In this document: one piece after another, positions 43,590 to 53,823 of the stretch
Layout: every line of letters begins with the position of its first letter
How positions within the stretch are numbered: the stretch's first letter is position 1
NCBI GenBank assembly: GCA_965215885.1
Contig: CBDCEW010000096.1
Location: 1-64,000, forward strand
Reading direction: 5' to 3'
Length of the DNA stretch: 64,000 nt
Source: Candidatus Moanibacter sp.
Lineage (GTDB): Bacteria > Verrucomicrobiota > Verrucomicrobiia > Opitutales > UBA2987
Notes under the pieces: generated by a model
Database searches by the model: none
Seen by the model: the letters and a program-made list of their open reading frames with translations, nothing else
Told to the model about the DNA's origin: nothing
Made by a program: the position numbers and the translations under genes

Positions 43590-44639
43590 ATGTCTTCAGT
43601 CAACGAAAGCGAAAGTATCGTAGAGGATAAGGCAAGCAAAAATCGATCTCCCTTCGATTCTTTCTTTTTCGATCCTTTTCTGACGAATGAGTGGTTGGCG
43701 GTTTGTCCATCATCACAGGTGCTCGAAGGGAGTGTGAAAGAGGCTAGGCTTATGGGCGAACCCCTCGTGCTGTGGCGTGCCGAAGGAAACGTCCATGCCT
43801 GGAGGGACCTCTGCATCCATCGCGGTTCAAAGCTCTCCCTCGGAAGCGTGAGAGATGGCTGCCTCGTCTGTCCTTACCACGCATGGACCTACAATGGAGA
43901 AGGGAAATGCGTGCGGGTTCCAGCACATCCTGATCTTGATATTCCCGACCGAGCCCGGACCGTTACCTACCAAGCGCAAGACCACCTCGACCTCATCTGG
44001 GTATGCCTCGGTAAACCTCGATGCGATCCGCCACCCGCTATATGGTGGCGACGGGAAGGATTTAAGACGATTCCGGCGGGTCCTTACGAATTTGATGCTA
44101 TGGGAACACGTGCAATCGAGAATTTTGCTGATGTAGCGCATCTCTGTATCGTGCACGACGGAATTCTCGGAACATCAAAGAGACCGGAAATCGAAAATTA
44201 CGCGGTCAAAATGACAGAGGAAGGAATATCTGTGCCAGGGGTTAGAGTTTTCCAACCGTCAAAATATGGAGAGGGGGAAGGAACCTATGCGCTTTACGAT
44301 TACCACATATTCCGCCCTCTTACGATCCAGTTTAAATCCTCCGTTCCCGAAGGCACCGATGCGCCCCGCCTCTCTTCCTGGCTCACGGTTTCACCGGTCG
44401 ATCGAACAAGGAGCGTAGGCTGGATATGGATTATGCATAATATCGAAGGCGTGCCAGATGCGGAAATGGTAACGCTGCAGGATACCATCCTGTCCCAGGA
44501 CCTCGCCGTAGTAAACACCCAGCACCCCGAGCTCGTTCCTCTCGACCTCTCCGAGGAATTGCACCTCGCCTCCGATCGCACCGCTGTCGAATACCGTAAG
44601 TGGCTTCGCAAATTGGGCATGCAATATGGAACTTACTAG
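43590..44639 (+). CDS. Rieske non-heme iron oxygenase alpha subunit (VanA/NdmA-like demethylase group)
   Basis: CIHRG, CPYHAW, ENFADVAHLCIVH, QD. Confidence 0.85.
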   Translation: MSSVNESESIVEDKASKNRSPFDSFFFDPFLTNEWLAVCPSSQVLEGSVKEARLMGEPLVLWRAEGNVHAWRDLCIHRGSKLSLGSVRDGCLVCPYHAWTYNGEGKCVRVPAHPDLDIPDRARTVTYQAQDHLDLIWVCLGKPRCDPPPAIWWRREGFKTIPAGPYEFDAMGTRAIENFADVAHLCIVHDGILGTSKRPEIENYAVKMTEEGISVPGVRVFQPSKYGEGEGTYALYDYHIFRPLTIQFKSSVPEGTDAPRLSSWLTVSPVDRTRSVGWIWIMHNIEGVPDAEMVTLQDTILSQDLAVVNTQHPELVPLDLSEELHLASDRTAVEYRKWLRKLGMQYGTY

Positions 44640-44640
44640 G

Positions 44641-45743
44641 CCGAAAAGCTACTGATTTACCGCAGTGAACTACGCAATATTTCTTGTAAGATTACTTTGC
44701 CAACATGAGCGACAGATCGGCAAAAGCGATGTCCCTCATTCTCGCAATTTTCTGGATCGTTCGAATTGGCCGGGTTCGTAATCGAGAAGGATCTGGAATC
44801 GAGAAAGAAACTTCGATTGGAAGATCGCACTTTGAAGGGCGCACAGCGGATACTGGCGTGAATCTTGGGGCAGGCCGGCCGCGGACGGCTTATGCGGTAT
44901 ACGTGTTCGTGATGATTCAGGGTTTTCTCTCTCGATGAGCTTGTTGCCCGGCTGATCCGTGAACCTGGTCGCTCAGCTGAGGACGACAGATTGGGGCTCC
45001 AGGAGCATGGGACGATTTCTCGACAGCACCTCGGTCTTCCGATGGGAGATTCTGAGCGGTCTTTTGATGCGGGCCAATCTCTTATTTTCGCAAGGGATGG
45101 GTTGATAATCCAAGCGAGTTTCAGATTTGTCTGGCCGCGGGCAAACCGAAGTCGAGGGCAGGAAACATCGGTTGCTCAAGCGGGGCCGCAAGGCGGCCGA
45201 ACTAACGGGGGAACTGCCATCTTGAAGAGGGCCTGTCGATTGCCTCCCACTCGCGTAGCCATCGCCAAGCGGGTTGTTGAGTATGCTCATGATATCAAAT
45301 CGGCCGACATAGGGCAGCCGGGCGAACGTTTGCCTGACGTAACTCTGAGCTGGCGCCGGCCATCGGAGATGATCAAGCGCACCTGTCATTGCTCGCCGCG
45401 ATGACGGATATCGGCGCGATGCTGAGCCTGGGGGTGCAGAACGAAGGGCAAGAAGTTGGTCTTGGCGTATCGCGAGGCACGGCTCCGCAGTGGAGTCGCG
45501 TTCATGGCGAATCGGCCGCCGATCGATGCGGTAGGCGATGAACGTCATAATGGCTTCTGCCGCATCGGATCTGGTGGACGGAACAGGCAGCCCGCTGACC
45601 GCTTTGAAGCTCAGAGAAAAAAGCACCACGGGATGAGTATGCCTACCAGTTTCAAGCGTGCAAATATACGTATTGTGCAGCAAGTCCCACGCCGATGGCA
45701 TTCGTCTCAATACCTGCTCAGCCGGCAGCGATGCGGCAGCCTA
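44641..45743 (+). mobile_element. Multiply deleted relic of the 10233-12149 IS, inverted
   Basis: Collinear near-identical blocks such as CCGAAAAGCTACTGAT, GATTCTGAGCGGTCTTTTGATGCGGGCCAATC and CTGACCGCTTTGAAGCTCAGAGAAAAAAGCACCACGGGATGAGTATGCC. Confidence 0.85.
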
Positions 45744-46726
45744 CAAGAGCGTCATCACCAACATGCTCACATCAGGGCCGGCAGGGGCCTATTGGAAGGA
45801 GTATCTAAACTTTTCAAGCAGCAGCGAACATTCATTGCTAACGGCAGCTATGCGCATCCTTTCCGGCGAGTCACGGACAGCGATGGTGATAAGCTGGAGC
45901 AAATGTTCAGAATCGCCTATCCCTGTCACGGAGCAATTGACTACCGACTCCGATTTATCAGCGCGGCCTCGGCCTGAACGGTCTCGCGGCATCCGCCTTG
46001 CAGTGCCAGTGTTATAAAGAAAAATATGAAATAGCCGGGTCCGCGGTTGCTGATGTCGTCGTCAAGAATCGGTCCAATGCGACGGCCAACCCATTGGCTC
46101 ATCTCAGGTTACCGATAACTCGGGAGGAGGTAGATTCTTCTCCTTTTATCGCCTTGCCCTTGAGGCAACTGCAGGTTCCTCCCTATTCGGACGGTGTCTG
46201 CGTTCTAATCGTGGCCACTCCGGAGAGAGCATTGGCACTCACTCCCAATCCATCCTGGATTCAGGGAATGGGTTGGGCCTCGGATACCTACTGGATGGGC
46301 GATCGTCCCCTGGTGCAACTCACCTCTCTGAAAATTGCAGCCAATCAGGCCTATGCGATGGCCCAAATCGGAAACCCCGCCGAAGAGATCGATGTCTCCG
46401 AAGTTCACGACACGACCGCCTATCACGAGCTTATGGCATATGAAGCCCTTGGATTTTGTGACGAAGGTAAAGGAGCCGAATTCATGCTTTCCGGCTCCAC
46501 GCGGAAAAGCGGCACGCTCCCGGTCAATCCTTCAGGGGGCGCACTCTCCTCGAACCCCGTTTTCGCCACCGGCCTGGTGCGGGTAGCAGAGGCCGCTCTT
46601 CAAGTCATGGGTAGAGCCGGTGAACGTCAGATTCCGGATGTTGAAAGGGCCCTGGCTCATGCCACCCATGGATTCGCTTCCCAGGGAAACTCAGTTTTTA
46701 TCCTCGGAAACGAGCCACTCTCATGA
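45744..46726 (+). pseudogene. SCP2/Ltp-type thiolase-like protein, 5'-truncated and frameshifted near 45950
   Basis: KNRSNA..NP.AH, SEVHD, PVNPSGG, TGLVRVAEA; N-terminal part in another frame abuts the IS relic. Confidence 0.75.
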
Positions 46727-47913
46727 GCGCGGGAAAAGTGGCAGTCATTGGCAGCGGCCAGACAGTTTACAGCTCCCGAAGCGAGTTCACTTATCCTGAA
46801 CTCGTGGAGCAGGCAACGAGCGCGGCTCTAGCCCAGGCCGAACTCACTATTGATGACATCGATGCCGTCGTCTTCGCGCTCGCACCGGACGCCCTCATAG
46901 GAGTCAACCATGGCGAGCGCTGGTGCGTCGACGCAATTGGAGCTCAGGGAAAACCATTTATGCGCGTAAACACAGGTGGCAGCACCGGCATGTCCGCGTT
47001 TCTCGCCGGATATTTTCATGTCGCGTCAGGACTTTTCCGGCGAGTCCTGGTGTCAGGTGCCGATCGCGTTGGGGAGAGCGGCGATTCTCAACAGATTCTC
47101 AACAAAATGTGGGACAAAAACTACGAGCGTCCCCTCCCCTTAAACGCCATCAATATGCTGGCCCTTCAGGCAACTCGCTACATGCATCGTTACGATGTCA
47201 CGGAAGAGCAAACTTCCCTCGTCTCGGTCCACGCTCACAAAAACGGGATGAATAATCCTCTCAACCAGATTCGTGTGGAGGTCTCCATCGAGGATGTCAT
47301 GAATTCTCGCCCAATTTGCTGGCCGATCAAACTTTACGACGCCTCCCCCGCATCGACCGGTGGGTGTGCCGTCCTCCTCGCCGCCGAGGCAGAAGCCGAG
47401 AGCGGCCCGTTGCCACCTGTCTGGGTTCGGGCTGTATCTCACGTAGCCGACACCTATTACATCGGCGACCGCATGGGACCTGCCGCCGTGAGCGATTATG
47501 CCGATTGCGATGCTCAGGCCGAATCTACGCGAAGGGCCTATCGCATCGCTGGCATCACTAACCCGCGGAAACAATTCGATGTAGCAGAGCTCTACTATCC
47601 TTTCAGCTGCGTCGGACTCCACATGGTCGAGGCCGTCGGTCTCGCCGAAAAGGGTAAGGCCCACAATCTGTTTGAAGAAGGAGTTTTCGATATGAACGGC
47701 GAGATCCCAGTCAACCCCTCGGGAGGTCTCCTCTGCGCACACCCTATCGCCGTGACTGGCCTCGTCCGGGTTGCCGAAGCCGCCTTGCAACTCCAGGGTC
47801 GCGCCGGTCAGCACCAGGTACCTGGTGCCAAAACCGCTCTCACCACCGGTATCGGCGGTACCCACGAATTCTATGGCACCGTAATACTCGGGGTCAGTCC
47901 TGAATGGCGCTAA
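46723..47913 (+). CDS. SCP2/Ltp-type thiolase-like protein (non-canonical, possible retro-aldolase)
   Basis: NTGGSTG lacks the thiolase Cys; AELYYPF, PVNPSGG, HPIAVTG; last 3 residues come from the IS. Confidence 0.85.
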   Translation: MSAGKVAVIGSGQTVYSSRSEFTYPELVEQATSAALAQAELTIDDIDAVVFALAPDALIGVNHGERWCVDAIGAQGKPFMRVNTGGSTGMSAFLAGYFHVASGLFRRVLVSGADRVGESGDSQQILNKMWDKNYERPLPLNAINMLALQATRYMHRYDVTEEQTSLVSVHAHKNGMNNPLNQIRVEVSIEDVMNSRPICWPIKLYDASPASTGGCAVLLAAEAEAESGPLPPVWVRAVSHVADTYYIGDRMGPAAVSDYADCDAQAESTRRAYRIAGITNPRKQFDVAELYYPFSCVGLHMVEAVGLAEKGKAHNLFEEGVFDMNGEIPVNPSGGLLCAHPIAVTGLVRVAEAALQLQGRAGQHQVPGAKTALTTGIGGTHEFYGTVILGVSPEWR

Positions 47914-47987
47914 GATAAGCCAAAAATAATTGTAAAAAATATGTAAAAAAGCTTGTACTATGACCGTTAGTAGACTAATCTTGTTGT

Positions 47988-48997
47988 ATGAAAAATATGA
48001 CAAGATTCCTGCCTGGGTTTAATCACATTCTATGCGGTCGCCCGCCTAAGTCGGCCCTGGCACAAGTAAAGATCCTCGGGGCAAGCCCCGAGGCATTTGA
48101 TATTAGACTTTATGAATTAGAAACGAAGCAAGCTTCGGGGAATTAAACCCGAAGCGATTAAAAAACCATGAAAGCGGCATTTTGCGCAAATTCGTTGGGT
48201 ATTTGAAAAAAGCAGAGGTGGTTCTGTGCGACCGCGGTTATTGCTCTTATGCCAATCTGGGGCTGCTTCTAAACCATCAAATGGACGCGGTCATGCGCCT
48301 GCACCAAAGGCGCAAATGCGACTTCCGTAGCGGCCAAACACTGGGCCGATACGATCGGCTGGTGACCTGGAAAAAACCGCAGAGACAGCACGGGTTCAGC
48401 CCGGAAGAATGGGCTCAATTACCGGCCGAACTGACTCTGCGAATGGTGCGTTTCTTCGTTCAGATCAAAGGATTCCGTACCCGAAAGATCGATCTTGTGA
48501 CCACCTTTACCGACCCCCTCCAATACACCGTAGAGGATCTGGCCGATCTCTACTTCCGCCGCTGGTCAGTGGAACTGTTTTTTCGCGACATTAAAACGAC
48601 TATGAAGATGGAAACGGTACGCTGCCTTACTCCCGAAATGGTGCATAAGGAAATCCAGCTGTTCTTTATCGCCTATAATCTCATCCGCGCCCTCATGCAA
48701 CACGCCGCCACCCTCTATCAGCGTGACCTGCATCGGCTCAGCTTCAAGAGCACGGTCGACACCGTTCGGCAGTACTGCACCGCTCTGAACGCCACCCGCA
48801 AGCAACCTCGAAAGCAACAACGCATCATTGACGAGATGGTTCTGATTATTGCCGAGGAGACTGTTCCACTACGAGAACACCGCAGCGAACCACGAGCGGT
48901 CAAACGAAGACCGAAACCTTACCAATTACTAACGAAGCCGCGAGGGAAAATGAAAGTCTCGCGCTCGCGCAGAAACAAAGGCAAAAATCGTCGTTAA
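47988..48997 (+). pseudogene. IS4 transposase missing its N-terminal/central part
   Basis: MKNMTRFLPG...ALA, then the hairpin element, then ...CDRGY...YFRRWSVELFFRDIK; first catalytic Asp region absent. Confidence 0.85.
48065..48156. mobile_element. 92-bp hairpin element copy 3
   Basis: Identical to copy 1; ATTAAA flank. Confidence 0.9.
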
Positions 48998-49114
48998 TCG
49001 GGCTTATCTTAGCGCCATTCGGGTCAGTCCTTGATTCTTGACATTTTTCAATACCTCTGAGCCTTCTTTCCCAATACGAAATCGGAAATGTCAAGAATCA
49101 AGGACTGACCCCGA

Positions 49115-49600
49115 GTGGCTGAAGAACATCCAACCATAGAGCAGCGATGGGACATCACCTACCGCCACTCCACGGGCGAGACTGCGGCCTACTTTTTTGA
49201 GAAACTGAAGGGGAGGCAATTCGTCGGGAAACAGTGTCCGAAGTGCCACAGGGTGCTCATGCCGCCGCGCGCTTTCTGCGACCGATGCCACGCCTCCACG
49301 GAAAAGTGGGTTGACGTAGAATCACACGGAACAATCGAGTCATCCACGATAATCTATCATCCCTTTAAGGGCATGCCGGAAGTCCCCTACGCATTGGCCT
49401 ATGTTCTGCTTCAAAATGCAGGCACAGCCATGTTCAACTTCGTGCGTGGGATTGACCTGACGGAACCGAGGGAGGCGGCCGGAAAACTGGAGATCGGAAC
49501 AAGAGTCAATGTCGCCTTCATCGACCAACCGGAAGGCGCCATGACCGATTTCTGGTACGAGATAGCCACAAAAGAACGCAAAGATCCTAACGCAGCGTAG
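49115..49600 (+). CDS. Zn-ribbon/OB-fold (DUF35/ChsH2-like) protein
   Basis: CPKC...PPRAFCDRC, VPYALA. Confidence 0.85.
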   Translation: MAEEHPTIEQRWDITYRHSTGETAAYFFEKLKGRQFVGKQCPKCHRVLMPPRAFCDRCHASTEKWVDVESHGTIESSTIIYHPFKGMPEVPYALAYVLLQNAGTAMFNFVRGIDLTEPREAAGKLEIGTRVNVAFIDQPEGAMTDFWYEIATKERKDPNAA

Positions 49601-49743
49601 CCGCAAAGAAGAAGAGAACCGCAGATGCACGCGAATGGACACGAATCACTCTCCAGACAAAGCCAAATTTCGAATTTGTCCGTTCCGACACCTTCCCTGA
49701 ATCACTCTTTTTTTGCGTTCTCTGCGTTCTTTCGTGGCTATGA

Positions 49744-51354
49744 TTAGATACCGTCTAAGCTTTCGCCCTGCTTCTTCAGACGCGAAATAAACCACTCCTG
49801 AAGCCCCCTCTTATTGACTTTCCCCGTATCGGTCAGTGGCATCTCCTCGTTGGTCATAAACGCGAATTGAGCCGGCACCTTATAAGCCGCCAACTCCGTC
49901 CGGCAAAATTGCCGCAATTCATCCACTGTCATTTGATCTCCCTCCCGGAAAACAACGGCAGCCGCCAGCACTTCATCTTTCTCCGAATCCGGAATACCCA
50001 CAACAATAGCCTGATCGATACTGGAGCAGGATAGCAGGACCTCCTCGACCTCAGCCGGCGCCACGTTTATGCCCCCGGTCTTCACCATTTCTTTGATCCT
50101 CCCGCGGAAGTGAAGATAACCTGCCTTATCAAAAAGGCCGAGATCGCCGGTGAGAAAGAATCCTTCTTTATCGAATGGAGAGTGTGACGAATTTTCGGGA
50201 CGGTGGTAGCCTTTCGTCACGTAACCGCGAATTTTGATCTCACCGACATCACCTTGCGCTAACGGACGGTGTGTTTGTGGATCGGCGATGACAACTTCGG
50301 TCCCCGGGAGCGGCCTGCCACAAGTGCGGGTACGGATCTCAGGGGAATCCCTACCGTCATTAACGGTGCTGTTGCCATAGCACTCTGTTAAACCGTAACA
50401 ACTCGCCACTTCCGTGGCCCCCAGTTCAATCAAATGGGGTACCGCTGGTGGCAGGGTAAGACCGCTTCGCAGGCTGGAGAGATCCCGCCCACCGCGTCCC
50501 GCGCACCCGTGCAAGGCAAGCGCCATATTCGGTACCGCGTAAAGCGCGGTGCAATGCTCGCGCTTGATCAGCATTAATGCTTCCTCGGGATCAAAACGAT
50601 GCTGCAGGACAATGCTGCTCCCATGCGTCATCACCGCAAAGAGCGCATTTCCACAAGCAAAAATCCAAAACAGTGATACGCCAAGCAGCATGCGGTCTTT
50701 TTCCGTCAGGTGCATGCGTTCACCGATTCCGTGCATATTCTCAATCAGCCCGTAATGCTGAACTGGCACCGCCTTAGGCCACGCCGTCGAGCCGGACGTA
50801 TACAACAGGTAGGCAACGTCGCCCGGTTCGACCGTCTCTTGAATCTGATCGATTACGCTGTCCGGGATGTCTTTTCCAAGCTCCCATATTTCCGCGAGCG
50901 AACGTATTCCAGGGCGCTCTCCACCACCCAGGCACACAATTTCGCGCAATTTTGGCACCGCCTCGTTGCGATTTTCCATATTCTGCACCATCGCCAGATA
51001 ATCGTGCTTTAGATAGCGATCGACCAGGACGAGCACCGAGGCTTCCGCATGAGCCAGAGCGTAATGCAACTCCCTCTGTCGCCACCAGGTATTCAGCCCA
51101 AGGAGCGTGCCTCCCAGCATGGTCACGGCAAAATCGACCAGAAGCCACTCCGTCTGGTTTCCCATCAGAAGCGCCACCGTCTCCCCCTTCTTGACCCCAA
51201 TTCTGTAAAACCCCTTGCCCAGATCACGCACCCGGTGTCGAAACTCCGAGTATATTAATCGCTCGTCGCCATAAACCAGAAATTCACGCTCCGGGTACCT
51301 CCGGACCATCTCGTCGAGCAATCCTGGCATAGTGCGACTATCCGGCATTCTCAT
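49744..51354 (-). CDS. AMP-forming acyl-CoA synthetase
   Basis: YTSGSTAWPK, YGLTE, TGDLG, GKV. Confidence 0.9.
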   Translation of the reverse strand: MRMPDSRTMPGLLDEMVRRYPEREFLVYGDERLIYSEFRHRVRDLGKGFYRIGVKKGETVALLMGNQTEWLLVDFAVTMLGGTLLGLNTWWRQRELHYALAHAEASVLVLVDRYLKHDYLAMVQNMENRNEAVPKLREIVCLGGGERPGIRSLAEIWELGKDIPDSVIDQIQETVEPGDVAYLLYTSGSTAWPKAVPVQHYGLIENMHGIGERMHLTEKDRMLLGVSLFWIFACGNALFAVMTHGSSIVLQHRFDPEEALMLIKREHCTALYAVPNMALALHGCAGRGGRDLSSLRSGLTLPPAVPHLIELGATEVASCYGLTECYGNSTVNDGRDSPEIRTRTCGRPLPGTEVVIADPQTHRPLAQGDVGEIKIRGYVTKGYHRPENSSHSPFDKEGFFLTGDLGLFDKAGYLHFRGRIKEMVKTGGINVAPAEVEEVLLSCSSIDQAIVVGIPDSEKDEVLAAAVVFREGDQMTVDELRQFCRTELAAYKVPAQFAFMTNEEMPLTDTGKVNKRGLQEWFISRLKKQGESLDGI

Positions 51355-51565
51355 GGCTGATCCTCCAATCGCAGATACATGTCGATGATCGGGGGCTTTT
51401 CATCCGCCTCCCCATTGCCAATCGCACACCAGATTATGTTCAAAACCAAACAAATTTCCCGTGTTCGTTTCATCTTACCCATTTCTCCTTTGATCAACAG
51501 AACTGCAACAGCGCATCGAGACAAGCAAGGACCAATCGAACCGGCCTTCGATTCTTTAGATTCTA

Positions 51566-51592
51566 TGTTCGTATTTCGGCGAAATACGAACA
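51566..51592. repeat. 27-bp perfect palindrome, copy 2
   Basis: TGTTCGTATTTCG-G-CGAAATACGAACA. Confidence 0.85.
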
Positions 51593-51978
51593 AACACCTG
51601 AAACGCTCAAACAGAAGATCCTTCCGATCGGTCAGATAGCCGCGTATGCCTGAACTTTCAGGCCTGACGGCTTCAAGTCAGCGGAGTCCCGGTGCGCACG
51701 ACGCGGCCCGATCAAACAGGGGTGAAACTTGCGGCGTCCAGGAAGACGAAAAGCTTCCGCTTTCCGCGACACCCTTCGAGCCGGATAGTAGTAGCGGAAA
51801 GCGGAAGCTTCTCGTCCCTGTTGCCACCCAATTAAGCCATTATAAGCCGCCCGCCAACCAGTTAATTACCGTAAGACTGTCGAACGGCATGGACATTAAA
51901 GCTCCAAGTCAAATTGGCCGATGCAACCCGAGCTAGCCCGAACATCTCACTACCGATTCCGCATCAGCGACAGACATC

Positions 51979-53226
51979 CTAGAGATTTCCCGACTCCTGG
52001 GTAAACCGTACCGGCATCCTCTTAATACCACCGTGGTGATAGGAGAGCAGGCGCTCAGGCGGTGCGGTTACTTCGATGTCGGGGAGGCGCCGGAATAAAT
52101 CCGTGAAAAGGATGCGCATCTCCAGTTCCGCCAACCTCGCCCCGACACAGAAATGCTGGCCGGCCCCAAATGCGAGATGGGTGGGCCCTTCGCGCGTCAT
52201 GTCAAACTTGAATGGATCTTCGAATATCTCTTCGTCCCGGTTTCCTGAAAGGTACCACAGGACAACTTTGTCTCCCTGCCGAATTTTCTTTCCCCGGATT
52301 TCCGTATCTGCGATCGCTGTGCGCCTCATATAATATACCGGTGTCACCCATCGGAGAATCTCATTTACCGCTCCTGTAACGAGGGAGGGGTCATCGAGAA
52401 GCCGTTGGCGTTGGTCGGGGTTTTCCGATAGGGCAAGAAGCCCACCGGAGATGCCGTTGCGGGTCGTTTCGTTTCCCCCAACCATGAGAAGAATGAACAT
52501 GGCGAGATAGCGTGATTGGCTCATCACTTCATCTTCAACCTTGGTATGAACCATCAGCGAAATTAGATCATCACCTGGATTTTCGAGCCGATCGTTCCAC
52601 AGACTCATGGCGTATTCTCCCATTGGCCTGTACAACTCATCGAGTCCCCCTTTATCGGCTATGATCTCCGGATCGAACTCGCCCACGACAATGTCGGTCC
52701 ACTCCAGCAGTTTATGGCGCTCTTCCTGCGGCATTCCGAAGAGATCCGCCAATACCTGTACCGGAAGTTCCTTGGAGACGCACTCCACGAAATCGCACTC
52801 GCCCCTCTCCGCGATCTGATCGATCAGGAACGTAACTCTGGTCTGAATCGGTTCCTCGAATCCATGCACCCGCCTCGGCGCGAATGCCGGAGCCACCACT
52901 TTTCGATGCTTGTTATGTTCCGGAGGATCCATGTTGAGGAGTTGGTAATCCTGGTTGCCGATTGTATCCGTCGGCACGTCCTGTAGAAAGAATCCGCCGT
53001 ACTTCAAATCAGATGAGAATTCCTTCGGATTCTTAGAAACGGCCGTGATGTCTTCGTACTTCGTGATCGACCAATATCCACGGCCGCTCTCTTCCTGCGT
53101 CCAGTGCACCGGATCTTCACTTCTCAAACGCGCGAAGATCTGGTGAATCGTATCATCGAGATACAACTCCGGATCAGCCAGACATACTTGATCGAGATTT
53201 AGCTCTTTTACTTTTTTAGAGATCAT
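51979..53226 (-). CDS. Cytochrome P450 (CYP125/CYP108-like)
   Basis: MDPPEH, GGNETTRN, EILR, HLAFGAGQHFCVG; start approximate. Confidence 0.9.
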   Translation of the reverse strand: MISKKVKELNLDQVCLADPELYLDDTIHQIFARLRSEDPVHWTQEESGRGYWSITKYEDITAVSKNPKEFSSDLKYGGFFLQDVPTDTIGNQDYQLLNMDPPEHNKHRKVVAPAFAPRRVHGFEEPIQTRVTFLIDQIAERGECDFVECVSKELPVQVLADLFGMPQEERHKLLEWTDIVVGEFDPEIIADKGGLDELYRPMGEYAMSLWNDRLENPGDDLISLMVHTKVEDEVMSQSRYLAMFILLMVGGNETTRNGISGGLLALSENPDQRQRLLDDPSLVTGAVNEILRWVTPVYYMRRTAIADTEIRGKKIRQGDKVVLWYLSGNRDEEIFEDPFKFDMTREGPTHLAFGAGQHFCVGARLAELEMRILFTDLFRRLPDIEVTAPPERLLSYHHGGIKRMPVRFTQESGNL

Positions 53227-53297
53227 TTTCAAATTAGCGGGGCCGCCCACGCGTTATGGCTTACAAGATCAAAAGGGTGTGAAACTTCCGACAGGAA

Positions 53298-53369
53298 AGT
53301 GGGACAGGCTTCCAGCCTGTCGAAAGTCGTAGCAGGCATCCGCCGACAGGCTGGAAGCCTGTCCCACTC
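53298..53369. repeat. REP doublet (REPIN-like)
   Basis: AGTGGGACAGGCTTCCAGCCTGTCG ... CGACAGGCTGGAAGCCTGTCCCACT. Confidence 0.8.
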
Positions 53370-53708
53370 ATGCAATTCCTCTGTAAAGAAATCGATAATC
53401 ATTCGCCCGAAAACCCCCGGCTTGCCGAGGTGAGCACTGTCGAACTCGGTGAAAACCGTGAGCCTGTCCGACGCAGTACACTCATTTTTCTACACCGATA
53501 TATGACCAGAGAATAGTAGATTCTCACCGCCCAGATCAAACTGATCAACGCTACAAATGTCACGTCTGAATTTTCAGGCTGGAATTCGGTTCGGCTGGTA
53601 TGCTTTGGGACCGTCCAATCAGTCGAGACCTCCGGCATGCTTCGGTTATTCAATAGCCTCTCCCAGAAGTAGATCGATTAGCTATTGAACAATCCGATTA
53701 TAATATCC

Positions 53709-53800
53709 AGTAAAGATCCTCGGGGCAAGCCCCGAGGCATTTGATATTAGACTTTATGAATTAGAAACGAAGCAAGCTTCGGGGAATTAAACCCGAAGCG
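53709..53800. mobile_element. 92-bp hairpin element copy 4
   Basis: Identical to copy 1; ATTAAA flank. Confidence 0.9.
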
Positions 53801-53823
53801 ATTAAATAAGACCCCGGTGAACG

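Larger units (their letters stand above)
47902..49020 (+). mobile_element. IS4-family element, internally deleted, 11-bp TSD
   Basis: Perfect 20-bp TIR GAATGGCGCTAAGATAAGCC; GGGTCAGTCCT at 47891-47901 and 49021-49031. Confidence 0.95.

Noticed and set aside
44973..45977. ORFs of 120-245 aa in this interval as real genes
   Set aside because: They are chance frames across the IS relic, apart from the thiolase-derived part after 45744
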